Numbered from the stretch's first letter, positions 25,867 to 39,926 are shown. The stretch is 64,000 nucleotides of DNA from Balanoglossus misakiensis (GCA_040954595.2 CM082598.2:9315097-9379096); one strand, 5' to 3'. Notes: generated by a model not told the origin, from the sequence alone. Made by a program: numbers and translations.

Positions 25867-27454
25867 CATTCTACTGATGCTGCATTGAGAAAACAGCATG
25901 TAGATACTGCAGGGACATGTAGTTGAAATATTTGAGTTAATTGGTCTGACATCTTTATTGACAAAGATTCAGTAAAAATCAAGAATTCATGTTAGGTGCA
26001 CATGATAAAATATACTAAAATAAAATCTATACTATGTGTAGTAGTGTACATGTAGTAGATGGCCTTCTGTACCAGTGCAAAGCTTATGCAAAATGAAGTC
26101 TCTTACAGTGGAATCAAAGATCCATAATCAAGGTAAATAGAAACATGTTAAAACTTGTGTTGGAATGTTTCTTTGTAATATTTCAATCACTTTGTCGGTC
26201 TCAATGAAATTTTATAGTATCTTGGACACCAGATCGGTCACAGACCTGGTTGAATAAAACCCCACTGTCCTTGTATTGCCCTTGTCTTTCTTGAAGAAAG
26301 CTAACCTGGCAACCAAAACCTACCCTAGCAACCAAAATTCACCCAGTGACTATTCTTTTATTCAATGGAATGCAGTCACCCAGCTTGGCTGTGTTAAGAC
26401 GTCAGCCGCCGAAACTCACACACATTAATTGTAGGTCTTAAAATGTTCCCATTTAAAGTTTAAAATTGTCATAGCCACTACATGGTACTAACAGCCTGGA
26501 GTCTGTAAGTGAAAATTTGGGGTGTGATTGATTTCAAGAGAATTACTTGATGTGGCTGATGAGATGTTGGCAGGGATTTAACCAATGTACCCTCCTTATC
26601 TATGTCAAATTTACTAGTTACACATATCTGTGAAATGATTAAATATGTCGAAAAACTAGGATCTTATGTGATATGGATCTGCATTCTACAGCCCTTACAG
26701 TTAGCATTCAAAATGGGTGGCTTTATTTACATCATAAGCTGAAGCTTTAAAATGTATAGAAGGATAGCAAAGGTGAACTGATTGGATAGTCTCTGCAAAT
26801 ACTGACTCTTTGGTTCTCATTAATTATTGCCATTGAATCTCCTTGAATGTTTGCCTGTAGGTAATCACCATCCACATATAAGTAATCAGGTTTGAAGCTT
26901 GTTAAATTAATTTATGCAGCTACCTATTGGTTATTTTGACACTCATTGACACTTAAGGTGACCTTGTGTTCGCAGTCACACTTGAAAATGATTTGTGAAA
27001 AGTTTTGATGGCGATAGACAAAAATTGATGATGTGTGTTGTCAGCACATTATTCAATAGACATATTTTCTGGTGACTTTCCCGGTTTTTTGAATTCATTA
27101 ATCTTTTTTTTTTAAACTTGGGTGAGATTTATTTGTATGCCATAATACAAGAGGCAAATTGGTGCCATGCTGCTACTGAAATTATGGGGCTCTTGACAGG
27201 AAATAACCTCATTTGTACAATCTCATTATAAATGGAGAGGTGGCCTGCGCATGTGCAGTGGCAACAAACTTGTTTAAAAGTTTTCAATTTGTGTCTTGAT
27301 ACAATCCATTATGGCTACCTGGCAGTCATTTTATTGTCTAGAGGTATTACTTGGCCATACCACCTCAGTGTTCGCCCCAAACAATTATCGACAGATACCT
27401 TTAATTTGGGAGAAAACAATAGAAACTCATTTTCTTGAATTAAATTCATTGTTA

Positions 27455-27742
27455 GGCCAAAATAAAAAATATGTGCTGTTCCGATTACCCGACCTACCCT
27501 AATTTTAGCCCGCCGACCCTAAACTTTTTAGAGCTTCTTAAAACCGGAAGTAAAAATAACGATGTCAAATATACAAAATTTATGAAAATTGTGAGAATCG
27601 CGCGAGAACGATGATGATGAAACTCTTCTACACTACAGCGGCCAAAAATATAAAAAAAAACTGCAAGCTGAAAAATTCCTACCTACCTTCCCTATTTTTG
27701 AAAACCATGTAATCAGAACAGAACATATTATATTTTTGGGCC
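27455..27742. mobile_element. Zator/Harbinger-like MITE (GGCC termini, TWA TSD)
   Basis: tta|ggccaaaataaaaaatatgtgctgttccgatt...atttttgggcc|tta. Relatives at 41346-41565 and ~43020-43158. Confidence 0.8.
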
Positions 27743-27859
27743 TTATGCAAACTAGCTGAAAATATATATCATAAATTCAAGGGGAGAACACTGGGTAATA
27801 CCTGGCCTGACTCGATACAGACTTTGTAAGAGAACAATGTATACATGCATGTCAATTCA

Positions 27860-28955
27860 TTTTTAGGTCCCATTTGTATAGGTATATACCAGTGGGACCT
27901 TATGGGATTGGCGGTTGCGTCTGTATGGATGTATGGATGGATGTATGTCTGTATGTCCATCCACATCAAAACCTTGAAAACCGCGGCGCACACAACCTCG
28001 ATATTTGGTGTGTAGATGCATGCTGGGCTGTAGATGGGAGTTTGTTCAAACGAAGTTGTCATTGCTCTTTCTCAGAACCCTCTACCCCATTGCTTTCAAA
28101 TTTGATTTGAAAGTTTCTGGGTGAGTTGCCATGATGATTTACAAAACCTATGATGAAACTGTCAATGTTTTGTGTGGGCAATATCTTGTATTTTGGGGCA
28201 TATTTTTGATTTTGATAAAAAAAATTATATTCCTCAGAAAGTGTATGGCTGATTACTTTAACATTTGAGTTGTAAGTTAACGGGATTGTCTTCTTTAGAA
28301 TTATAATGGAATCAAATCATAGGTAAATCGGAACTTTTATATTTTGTAGGATATTTTGTCTTATACCACAAAAAATTTCATCTCAAGAAGAGCAATTACT
28401 TGTACATTCTTTGTAATAAAAGAGGCACCCTACTGACATTTGTAAACACAGCAAATTCCTGCATGATTACATAACTGGCCAACTTTTAAAGAGACCAGCT
28501 GTTCTATTTAGTCGTAATCAGTTCGACCAGAAACAAATAAATATGATTTGTGAAAAGCCAAACTAATAGAATAAAAATAACATAACACAAAAATGGCCAC
28601 TCAAAGTGCTTGAATAATTTTTCAGGGGGCATGTTTGCATGGCATGAACTGTATGCTGCATACCAGCAGCATGTAGTTTAGGTGATATTTATGATAGAAT
28701 TGAACTGTTTAAGGTCACACAGAATAAAATCAGTGAGTTCTGAATACCTTGGAAGGTTTAAGTTGCAGATATCTTCATGAAAAATACACAATATCAACAC
28801 ATGCATTTAATCAGTGGTCAAACAATTGAAGGTTATAAAATAATTAATTTTCCAAAGAATAGTGGGTGGTTGAATTAATGGAGCGGTTGAATTAATAGAC
28901 TGATTACGGTATGTACAATACACATGCCAATTTTGCCATTGGCAGCTTATGGGTC
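27860..28955 (+). mobile_element. Helentron-associated (HINE/DINE-1/pearl-like) non-autonomous element
   Basis: Starts in a T-run, short hairpin ggtccca...tgggacc, then a (tgga/tgta) microsatellite. Shares its 5' and 3' parts with 53883-54331. Confidence 0.6.
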
Positions 28956-31024
28956 AGTCCAGGCGGTGTCTGCAACGTAAACGCCCTCTAGCGACGAATC
29001 GTAACCATATCAGCCTCAGGCTTTCATTCTCTTGCAAGACACCGTTCACTTCCGGTGTGAGCTCGTCGTGTATCCTAACCATATTTAACAAGGCTTTGTT
29101 ACTTTTTTATTATTGAAAAGTGGCTAAAAAACGTTAAATCAGAATGTGTAATTTACGCCCGGGTAAGTGAAAAATGAAGTCTTTTGACCGACGGGCAAGC
29201 GACCTTTGACCTGCGCTAAACGTGTGAGTTCGTGGTTTACACCAGTACTGATCTACTTGTGCTGTCTGCCAAGTACAATCGGTTATCCACTGTTCAAGGC
29301 GTGGCATTTTATTTTTCAATTCAAATATTTATCAGTAAATTCTTGTAAATGGAATTTTTCGAAATGTTGCAACTTTTTAGCTTGGAAATTCCCCAGGAAT
29401 TTTTCAAAGGCCAACCGGTATTGCTATGCAATGTTCCTGTTTAAATTAAAGTACTTTGCTGGTATAGAAGTCATTGACTACACAATGCTATGAACATACA
29501 GTGCTTCCCCCAGTGATTGCAAATGCACATGCGCGCCCGCACACACATGGATATGAAAGAATGTCAATTTTTTAATCAACTGGACAAGTGCAGTGTTCTT
29601 ACAAGTAAAGTTACTTGCCCTATGCCAAGTGAATTTGTGAAAAATGCCTCAAGGCTTGTGTATAAAACTAATCTTGGCCTTGCTGTGGCGAATAATTCAG
29701 TTACTAGGGGGGGGGGGGGTTGTCGTCAGTCTTTAATAACTAGTACAGCCCTTCATTCATATTTACACAGGTAAGACAAACGGTCCGATAATTTGACAAA
29801 TAATTATTTATTCACTCAAAATGAGTCACTATAATTATATACACACTTTGATGTATATAGGTCCCTTCGTCTTGCATTATGTTATTTAACTCATGCAATG
29901 GTGTATAGACAAGTTTTCTTGGTTATCACTCACTGAAGTGTTATAAATTGCACATATGGCTCACAAATGATATTCACAGTTGCAAAAATTACTCAGTCTG
30001 TGAATCTTTAAATCAAAGTAACTGGACTGGAAGACACTATGGATTGGACATTACCATGTTGTCTTGTTATTACACTCAGTTTACATGCTGTGAAGATTGT
30101 CACAGACTAGTCTTGTCCATTTGCAAAATTTGTTCACAGAGATCATCTTCTGTTAGTCTATTTGCTGTTGTACTATTGGTCTCCTCTTCACATATCAGTT
30201 TCTTTAGTTTTCTTGGAGTTGAAGTACTTGTTGTAAGACTATGCAATCTTACTGACATTTTGGGCTTTCTGTTGAAAAGATGAGTTACTATTACTGAACA
30301 ATGGTCTGTGACAAAACATTATGACTACTAAATTGATGACATTTGAAAAAATATGTGCCATGTTATGTTAATACATGAACTGTGTGTGCGTCTTTCTGTA
30401 TATGTACTCCGGTGTAGACTTTTTTCTTGCGTAATCACTAAATGGGACCACCGTGTCCTTGACGCGATTTTTCTGATATGGTTACGGATGGTGACAAACT
30501 GTGCCAAACAAAGTGACATAGATCCAAACGAACACTTACAAATACCAAACTGACCCAAAGCACTCCATATTTATAATAAGACAACCCAGAACTGCATTGC
30601 AATATGGTGATAAACACTGAGACCCCAAACAGAATTTTTATAAAACACTAACCCTTGGCTTAAATTTAGTTCAAGCCAGAACCATTGAAAATGAAAGCAC
30701 ATTGCAATACAATTGCCGTATGTTCTTGTTGTCCAATGTTGGCTTTAGGCCTGCGTGCACTTTCATGGAGGTTTTCTTTGGATTTATTTAAATTGTGTAA
30801 CATTAGCCCTGGAGATACAAGTTAAACCTGGATTGCTTCTTAATGTTTGGATTGCATTGCATTTTTGTGACCACATTAAAACTGCCAAGGGGTTGATTTA
30901 CCTCAATGGTTTTTTTTTTCAGTGCTTGGTCAGGGTTTATGGCTAGCTGGAATGCCCCCTAGAAATGCTTGAAGATTTGAAGGTGATTAAAAACCCAGCC
31001 TTGTTTTCAATGTGGTCCTGAATA

Positions 31025-31320
31025 TGTTATCGCCGCCTATTTAAATTGACTAATCGGGCGCCCTGATTAAATACCCGGAAGTTACGTTCTGACTATAGAC
31101 TGCACTGTATCAAGACGTAAAACAGCAGATTTTCTGACAAAGAGTTGGGAAGTATCCGTTTATCTGTATGACTCTTATTCTTAAGGTTTCGCCTCCTTTT
31201 TTTCGCGTTATTTTGAATGCAGTTACACGTACTCGTACGAGTTGAGCAGTAAACAATCGGGTGGCTGAGGCAGCCTTTACAGGGCGCCCGATTGGTCAAT
31301 TTAAATAGGCGGCGATAACA
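31025..31320. mobile_element. Inverted-repeat element with TGT...ACA ends
   Basis: About 41-bp TIR tgttatcgccgcctatttaaattgac.aatcgggcgccctg. No TSD seen. Confidence 0.65.
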
Positions 31321-31568
31321 GAGCCAACACCATCGCCCGCGCAGTTCAAATGTGATTGAATTTGACTGCGGTACGACTTGGAAATCGCCGTTTTTCCACT
31401 CGTTTGCAGGTCGATAGATCAAGTGAAGCCCAAACTAGGTCCAAATTAGGTCAGTGAGATAAATTTCAGTGCCTATGATGGCATAATTTAATCGCTCGCT
31501 CGTGAATGGGGTGATTTTTCAGGGCCTTGAAAGTGGCCCATGAGCCTAGATCAGGGCATGTCGATTCC

Positions 31569-31637
31569 TAGCTCTGCGTACAGGTCTGTGTGTTCCCGGT
31601 GTAACGCCGGGAACACACAGACCTGTACGCAGAGCTA
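31569..31637. mobile_element. 69-bp hairpin mini-MITE with 9-bp TSD (AcademH-like)
   Basis: tagctctgcgtacaggtctgtgtgttcccgg-loop-ccgggaacacacagacctgtacgcagagcta. TSD gtcgattcc at 31560-31568 and 31638-31646. Confidence 0.88.
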
Positions 31638-32492
31638 GTCGATTCCACCCTTGCCTGTATATAAGACGGGAGTGACGTTGGGCGACCTAGGTCGTATTTT
31701 CCACGATTAATATCAATCTTAACATCAACAACAATAACAACAACAACATTTCCTAAGCTCCCCTTGTGTTTACTATAGGCAAAAGGTGTCTCAAATTTTA
31801 CCCTGTGTGAACCTGGTAGTTATGAAAGCCCAACATTCCAGTAGAAGAGTATTTAGACTGCGTAGGTGTGCAATGTACACATTTGTAATCAAAGTTTAAA
31901 TATTGACAGTTGTAATTCTTAAGCCTGCAGTTATAAAATCCCAGTTAGAACTTGTTTCTCATGGCAGTTTTCTAGAAATAACCTGATCGCTGAGTTAGAC
32001 TTGCCCACTAGTGGCTTGGTGATTGTTTGTCTTTATGTACATTCTCAAAACCTTTTGTGTGTTTGCTTGCTTTGATTGAGATTCTGGTACTGCGGTGAGC
32101 TTCAAATTTGGGGCTGGGCTTCTGGTTTCATTTACCGGCCACCAAGCAATCCAATCACATGACTTACTTGCTCACACTTGCTGTGTTTACTCCACACACG
32201 CTTTCGAGGAGCTCTGAATTTGTTTTCCTTCTGAAATGTATTTATTAAGAGAATAATGAAGCCCTTAGACTTGGTGCAAGTCTGTATGAGAATCTCAAAA
32301 TTAACCTTGTACAATAAATCTCAAAGTTAGTCTCAAACACAGTCTCATGTAGCACTTATTTTATTTTGAGAGTCAATCTCAGATCCAGTCTTTTTTTGCC
32401 AATATTTGGGGTCTTACACACAGACAGTAGCTAAGAGCTTCCCAAATATGTTGATTACTGAATTTACAGTGAAAGGGGTAAAGGGCCATTAA

Positions 32493-33227
32493 GGTGTTTC
32501 GCACCTCGAAATAACAGATCGTCTGATCATGTTGAAATTAATACTGATGATACTATGACTTTTAAACATTTAATCTATGGAAGAAAAATGGGGGTCAACC
32601 AGCTCGATTTTTGGGAAAAGCACCCTCTATCTAGCACCTCTTTCAGCTTTTACCAGTTTTCGTAGATCTTTATAAAAATTGTCTCAAAAATAAGTATTTT
32701 TGAGGGGGGGTCGTCATATTTTTTTCACCATTAAAGAATCTAAACTTACTGAATATTTTAATTTTGTGCAATTTTGAGATTTCATCTTGTTCATTATCAT
32801 AATTGCATATCAATACAACTTAAACAACTGTTAAATTAAACACAGAATTGCCTAAAAATCCTCTTTTATATAATTTTTTAAAACTTGGTAGATACCTTGT
32901 TTGAAATATATCAAATCAATTTAAGGCAAAAAAATAGGGGATCGCCACGCTTTAACAGTTGAGACACAGGAAGATAAACATGGATTTTGGGCATCTTCAA
33001 CAGCCCAGGATAGGCTGCAAAAGAGTTTGGTTGCTATAGCAACCATTAGAATTGCAAATGCGCGAAAATTTCAGTCCCAAATTTAACAACTACATCGTGT
33101 GTACAAAAATAACCTCACAGCACTACACTACAACTTTGTTTGGAAAACACTGGAAATAAAATTTAACTTTTTAAACTCTGCGCAGAACCCTGCGTAAACA
33201 ACTAAAATGATTGAGGCGCGATATTCC
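32493..33227. mobile_element. Kolobok-like non-autonomous element
   Basis: TTAA|ggtgtttcgcacctc...gaggcgcgatattcc|TTAA; imperfect TIR. Confidence 0.65.
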
Positions 33228-33912
33228 TTAAAGTAGTCCAAATATGGGGCAGTTGGTCCAGTTTAAATGTGTGTGGGTGTATTTTCACCTCAAAGTAACC
33301 TTTTTACCTTAACAATTCCAATCTTTATGATAGTGATGCCATGTAGGTTAACCAGGATCCAAGCGGTTTGAATGGGCCTTACATTGAAAATTTGGAGACC
33401 AGCGACAACCATGATAGTTTTGAAACATTAACATTTCCTTTGTTCAGATGTGGCAATTTAAATTTTCCGAACAATGATCAAGTGGAGACTGCATCATTGA
33501 TAGTGACTTGTTTTTGTGGTTCAATTACAGATAAGTATGGGAGTGTTGACTGAGTACATCATGTAAACAGTTCCTGGAAAACAGTATACTGAGATTGTTT
33601 CCAAGAATTGCTGACCACTCAAGGTAGGTTAATTATTGATCAGAAAGGCTTGTCATATTCTTTTTGCTGTTTGTTGAAATTGTGTCACACCCACCCCTAC
33701 AACCTAGAATTTCTCTGTTAATAAAACTAGTATCACATTCCGAAAAATGCTGTGATTGAAGGCAGTTGCATCATGGCAGATTGTCCTCAAAATATAAAAT
33801 TTTCGCCATAAAGAAATCTGGAAAAAAAAATCAGCAAATATATTAAATTAATATTAAATCATCAAGGCCAGAAGAAAAATTGACTTCAGACATAAAATAG
33901 AGAAAGCTTTAT

Positions 33913-34298
33913 TTAAGGATCAGTAAAATTGAAAGTATTGTCATTTCTTTTAATAGTGGATTTTTGGATCCTTTGTATGTATAATGAAAATCTGTGGTAA
34001 AATATAGGGCTCACCATGCTTGTTTTGGAAATACAGAGCCATGAATTTAGTCGATAATAGAAGAAAACTGCTGACTCAGCATTTTTCGCCAATGGTTTGT
34101 GTACATGTATGAGCAAAAATTTTAACGTAATTTATCTCAAAATATAGCGCAGTATTAACCATATGATTTTATTTGACCAATGAATTTATATATACTTGAC
34201 TGAGCTATGTGTAAAATTTCATGAAAATGACAACAGTAGTGGTTTGTTTTCTAGCAATTCCTATGGGAAAGAGACACACACGCGCACTGTTTATCAGT
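33913..34298 (-). mobile_element. Kolobok-like family G, partial
   Basis: Reverse-complement match to 43392-43788 and direct match to 58041-58465. Confidence 0.75.
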
Positions 34299-34299
34299 G

Positions 34300-34716
34300 A
34301 GTGTCCCCCTCCCACATAAGAAAATTTTGTAAAATACGGAGCTCAAAGTTGCGTATAGTGAACTCAAAAGCAAAGTAACTCAATGTTGGAGAGGACACAT
34401 TTTACTTTTGCCACCCAAAGTTAGCATCGGTGGGGATGGGTTGGCAAGTACTCTGCCCTGGTACACAAGACAAACCAGCAAAAAATGAAATGTGGTGAAG
34501 AATGTAGGGGGTGGGTGTGGGAGGGGTGTCCCCTTCACACATTAGAAAATTTTGTAAAATAAAGGGCGCGAAACTGCAATTTTGTGGACTCAAAAGCAAA
34601 AGTTCGGTGGCAAAAGTATGTGACCCCCCCCCCTAAATGTTTCAAAAAAAAAGATGACCCCCCTTTTGGATTTCAAAATTTAAGTGCCCCCCAGCCAAAA
34701 CAACTGAACGGGCCCT
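34300..34716 (-). mobile_element. Family B partial copy
   Basis: Ends aactgaacgggccc|tta; body matches 38390-38940. Confidence 0.75.
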
Positions 34717-35579
34717 TAGCATGAAGACTTCTTGGCCCATAACATGACCTACATGCTCAGATATAAGCATGTAGACTCTCGAAAAAAGACATATATTGGG
34801 TGGAACTGCTAAGAACTGCTTATTCATGCTTAAACACGCAACATGCCTATTTAAAGCGGATTATGGTAAGACTATGCAAATGTGAAAAAGTCAGGCTACT
34901 GGCAAGACGTACTGTGTGTGCTCCCGGATTTCGAGAAATTCACCGGGTTTATGGCTTTCATTGTCATCCAATCTTACATATGATATCCATGAATATATAG
35001 CGAGTACATGTATGTGGAAAATACATTGAAAAATCCTGCAGTGTTAGTAAGGGAACACAATTTTCTCGAAAGCGTTGTGCCAGAATGGCCGTTTGACCCC
35101 ATTTGTAAAAGTCATTCTATACTGTCGATCATGATTATTCAAATTCAAACAGCGGCCTAAGCGATGTTTGCTCCCACTGGTCAAGACAAATATAAACCAC
35201 ACACAAATTTGCGAAATACCATTATGTAGACAATTTATCCAAACGCGTAGATTTGACCACGGTCCCTCCACTAGCAACTACGCTTGACATGACCGCTGTA
35301 GATGACCTACGTAAATGTCTTTGTAGCCCAAATATGCACGAAAGTACGTAATTGCTCATCCCATGAAAGGTGCTAAAATCATTGCCTATTGACGCCATTT
35401 CCATTTCCAAACGTCACATTCTGAGTTCACCGATACAATAAGAACCATTGCCTTGGGTGACCAGGATTGAAGCATTTGTCGGTTGCAGAAAAGACCCGAT
35501 TCGATTCGCTCACTGAAAAGAATATATCGACAACTTCCCAGAATGTTCGTATGGAACGCCAACACTAACTTCAATTGCC

Positions 35580-35912
35580 ATATTCTAAGCGCAAACGTTC
35601 AGATGTTGTGGATAAACTTTGATATACTAAGCGCAAACGTTTATATGCTGTGGATAAAATTCAATATGTTAAGCCCAAACGTTCAGATGTTGTGGATAAA
35701 ACGTTAATATCTTGTGGATAAACTTTGCTATACTAAGCGCAAACGTTTATATGCTGTGGTTAAAATTCAATATATTAAGCCCAAACGTTCAGATGTTGTG
35801 GATAAAACGTTTATATCTTGTGGATAGACTTCAATATACTAGGCGCAAACACGTTGATGATACGCGCAAGCACGTTGATGATATGCGCAACCACGTTGAT
35901 GATATGCGCAAA
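35580..35912. repeat. Minisatellite with a 21-bp base period (42-bp higher-order unit)
   Basis: Units such as atactaagcgcaaacgtttat + atgctgtggataaaattcaat, then atatgcgcaa.cacgttgatg. Confidence 0.88.
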
Positions 35913-36078
35913 CACCATTATCATATGGTACTTTACTATGATGTTGTTGTGGTGGCGCTGTTTCGGCTATGCCATTCCCATAATGCAACATTAAAACTTT
36001 TGCGCCAACACCATTACGCCCTTTGACATTTTGAAAAAGCATTTTGGTTTAGGTCGAGTTGACTTTTCACAGCCCTCT

Positions 36079-36356
36079 TAGTCTCGGTTACCCAGACCCG
36101 TCTGCTTCTTCCGTTGGGCACTCCAGAAAGAGGGACTGGGGAAATGCCATAGAAAAATCTCAGGGCAAAGATGGCCGACTTGGGACAAAAGCGATGCATT
36201 TATTTGTAGCACACAACAAAATAAATTGCAAGACAAAAGGGTGAAAAAAGAAAATTAGGAAATCAATTCAATACTTATGTGAGGGAACGGTCGGTCACCA
36301 TGGTGACATAACTTTTGAGAGACAATGGCGTCTGCCTCTACGTGGTAGTAGACTAA
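36079..36356 (+). mobile_element. Degenerate relative of the 4713-5108 MITE
   Basis: Begins tagtctcggttacccagac; right end is degenerate (ggcgtctg...agacta). Confidence 0.6.
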
Positions 36357-36359
36357 TAG

Positions 36360-36775
36360 AATCTCACACTCCCAAGGACCTGGGATCATATTTCTCACAC
36401 GAGTGGGGGATTTTCTGTCCAACACGAGCAGCAGGTGAGTATGGGACAGAATATCCCCGACGAGTGTGAGAAATATGATCCCAGGTCCCCTTGGTGTGTG
36501 AGATTATTTTTCTCACACGGTCACAAATTACCCAAATTCGTTAAAAACATTGAATAAATGACGCTGGAACTGTCGTCTGGGGGCACGTTGTAGTCTCTGT
36601 CCCTGTAATACACAATCGCGCCATTGGATAACTTTTAGCGCGCGTAGCAAAAGAACGCTTTGTCAACCAATCAGCGCTCGCGTCATATACAGCTTTCGAT
36701 TCAGTGAGAGTGTGAGAACAATTTGTTCTCACACTCTGTTCTCACACTCCCAGCGTGCCAGGAGTGTGAGAAATA
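36360..36775. mobile_element. Hairpin-type element (ttctcacac family)
   Basis: About 145-bp imperfect hairpin at 36360-36505 plus short terminal hairpins at 36705-36775; related to 11801-12060. Confidence 0.7.
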
Positions 36776-38008
36776 CATTTCTTTAGTTTACCCAGTATTT
36801 GTAGGTCGAAGACACGATAGCTGAATTAGGTCTCGACATGCGACATTATGTCATATTTAAGACTAAAAATGCTACCATTTCATGTCACCTATTATGATTT
36901 TAATTACTCCCAGAAACAGTGCGAAATATGCAAATATATTTGATAATTAACCTTGTTTTGAGGATTTTCAATCCCAATGGAAGGAGAATTAGCGCAGTGT
37001 GTGAGGACACGAAGTTTGTCAAAAAGTCATAATTTTGAACAACTGGCAAATCCAAAATTATTCTGACAGACAGTATGAAATTCTTATTTAAGTATTGAAT
37101 TGATTTCCAATTTTCTTCTTCTGCCTTTTTGTCTTGTAATTTATTTCGTTGTGTGCTACAAAATTCTAAAATTTGTAATACAATGCAAGCAAAAAAGAAA
37201 AGAAAAGAAAAGAAACGTGCTAATCTGAATAAGTGGGTGAATCTGAATCTAAAATTGACATCATCTTTGAAATCCAATATGGCAAATGTGGCCGGTAATC
37301 GGATCAGTCCACAGGTGAATTAGCCTTTTCTGCAGGGAAACAAACAAACAAACACACAAATTTAATAAAGAAAGAAAGAAACAACAACCACCATGATGAT
37401 AAACAACGTGGTGTCTTGAATTGAGCCGCCCACTCACGCGATCGAGCAGTTGACACAAATGTGGCTTGTGTCAAAGGTCCCTTGCGTATGCTAGTCAATT
37501 TTATCTCGTCCAACTAATAGTATGTAGGGCCTACACGTACTCAATTCAGACAGTACTCAAATTCAGACAGTGGATACATCGAGATTGTTTTACGCATGCA
37601 GGACCGGTTGATCGTATATCACATCTTGCCACAGAAAAGTATTTGTAGGGTTTATTTTTGCAATTGTCTGTGGTTGTGTTCCTGGTGAACTCCATTATAC
37701 ATGTATTTCACAGAAAGGTGGCAATTGAAAGCATCCATGGGTAAACAGATAGTTTATACTCCTGTGATAAGCCACCGTTTACACAAGCGTTCAAGACACC
37801 CGCCCCACACATTTGCATATCCTACACCACCTCTTGTGTGCCCACGGCCAATTTGTTTGGTCTTTAACAATAGCTTATAAAGTGGTTAATTAGCATGTGA
37901 GTTTTGTACGGGGAAATTTTAATGAAATAAGCTGAGTCAGCCTAGGTTCTAGAGCTTTGTGGAGGACTGTGAGTTTATGAGATTGGTCAGCACATGTTGT
38001 TTATCTTA

Positions 38009-38942
38009 GGGACCGTTCAGTTTTTACGGCAGGGGGGGGGGGGCGGCAAGTTTGTGTCATCGGTTCTCAAAATCAGGCCGACCCCCCCCCCCCCTTCACC
38101 CAGGACCAAAAAATGATGACCCCCCCTTTGACAGACCCAAAAATATGATGAACCCCCCCCCCCCCCCACGCACAAAACATTCGCCGTCTTGATCCTATGT
38201 ACACTGTATGCAATAAAGGGAATGAGGCTCCTCACACCTCAATTATATAATAAAGTATTATTGAAGTATATAATAGTATATCGTCGCAATAAAGAAATCT
38301 ATGAACAAATTAAAATGACAAGTCAATACAATAGTTGCTATAATCGGTAAAACAAGAAAAGTGGCGGGGGTGGGTGTGGGAGGGGGTGTCCCCCTCCCAC
38401 ATAAGAAAATTTTGTAAAATATGTATCGCAAAGTTGCATTTTAATGAACTCAAAAGCAAATTATCTCAATGTTTGGGAGGACCAATTTCACTTTTTGCGA
38501 CTCCACTCAAAGTTAGATTTGGCGTCATCTTGTCATGACATCATTTATAAAACTTCTAGTATATGGAAGATGCAGCGCGAAACTATCAGTTATGCAAAAT
38601 GGTTTAAACAATTATTCTCCTTTATGTATTACTTTGTTAAATATTATCATTGGTGGGGTTGGAGTGGCAAGCATTCTGCCCTGATACACTAGACAAACCA
38701 GCAAAAAATGAAATGTGGCGAAGAATGAAGGGGGTGGGTGGATTAGAAAATTTTGCAAAATAAAGGGTGCGAAACTGCAATTTTGTGGACTCAAAAGCAA
38801 AAGTTTGGTGGCAAAAGTATGTGACCCCCCCTAAACGTTTAAAAAAACCAGATGACCCCCCCTTTGTGGACTTCGAAATTTACGTGACCCCCCCCCCCTA
38901 CCCCCCCCCCCCCCCCCCCGGCCGTAAAAAATGAACGGTCCC
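38009..38942 (-). mobile_element. PIF/Harbinger-like MITE family B, complete
   Basis: tta|gggaccgttcagtttttacggc...gccgtaaaaaatgaacggtccc|tta. Confidence 0.9.
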
Positions 38943-39261
38943 TTAGTACAATGGCATGAAGGTACATTCATGCCTTGAAGGTGTAAATTTTAAACAACAA
39001 TAGTGGGCACAGATATTGCTGTAGGCAGAGGACAGCAATTTCAGACTCCCTAATAAATCACTTATGATGTTAACACTTAATATTTCCTTCTGGCTACAAT
39101 CATGGTTGACCTTAGTAGAGTACCACTTCAAAGATACAGTGCAGTGGCTCTATGCAGCATGTATCTAGTTTGCTTCTATTGTCTATGGTTTGCCATTGCA
39201 AAGGTGAACTATATTGAATACAATATATAAATGGAATTTGAGTGTGACTTGCAACATATAT

Positions 39262-39268
39262 GCATACA

Positions 39269-39300
<32 letters not shown>

Positions 39301-39434
39301 CACATACATACATACATACACACTGTACTTACATACATACACACACACATACACACGCTTATACATACATACATACATACATACATACATACATACATAC
39401 ATACATACATACATACATACATACATACATACAC
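39262..39434. repeat. Compound microsatellite (CGCA)n(CA)n(CATA)n
   Basis: Directly visible; explains the low-complexity ORFs here. Confidence 0.95.
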
Positions 39435-39436
39435 AA

Positions 39437-39619
39437 AATCACTTTCTACCATTTATTCATTTTGGCGAGATTTTTACTCATATCCTACAAACGGGATGGA
39501 AGTTGTGTGTGGTCGAACATTGATTCACTACTTATCCACGTGTAGGATAACATCAACTGTGTCTTGTATCAAACATAATTGATGGAAAAAGGGCAGCGAG
39601 AGAGAGACTTTGTCCCTTT
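39437..39619 (-). mobile_element. Family C half copy
   Basis: Ends gagagactttgtccct|ttaa. Confidence 0.8.
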
Positions 39620-39926
39620 AACCTTGATAGATGCGTCTTACTGCCATTGCACAATCCTATCATCTCAACTAACCTTCGATGTTGTTTACAAGATAGAGTA
39701 CAAGCATATTTTGTTTTTATACATTCACTTTCATCCTTGTACATGCTGTTTCATGCTCATCAGCCTATTATATATAACAGAGACAGATTCTGTACAAAAC
39801 AAATCAAGGATATGTGTAACAAAAGAACTGAAACAAATGTCCACCTTGTACAAGTTATCTCATGTTCAAGTTCTCTATCTTTGCTTCCAACAAACCATGT
39901 CTAACTGTAATCTGAAGGACAACACT

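Noticed and set aside
35580-35912. Repeated tgtggataa (reverse complement of the DnaA box) suggesting a bacterial origin, iteron array or CRISPR
   Set aside because: It is part of a 21/42-bp minisatellite with no unique spacers, no cas or rep genes, and eukaryotic context.
39112-39582. Several 87-122 aa ORFs
   Set aside because: Translations of a (CATA)n microsatellite plus a MITE.
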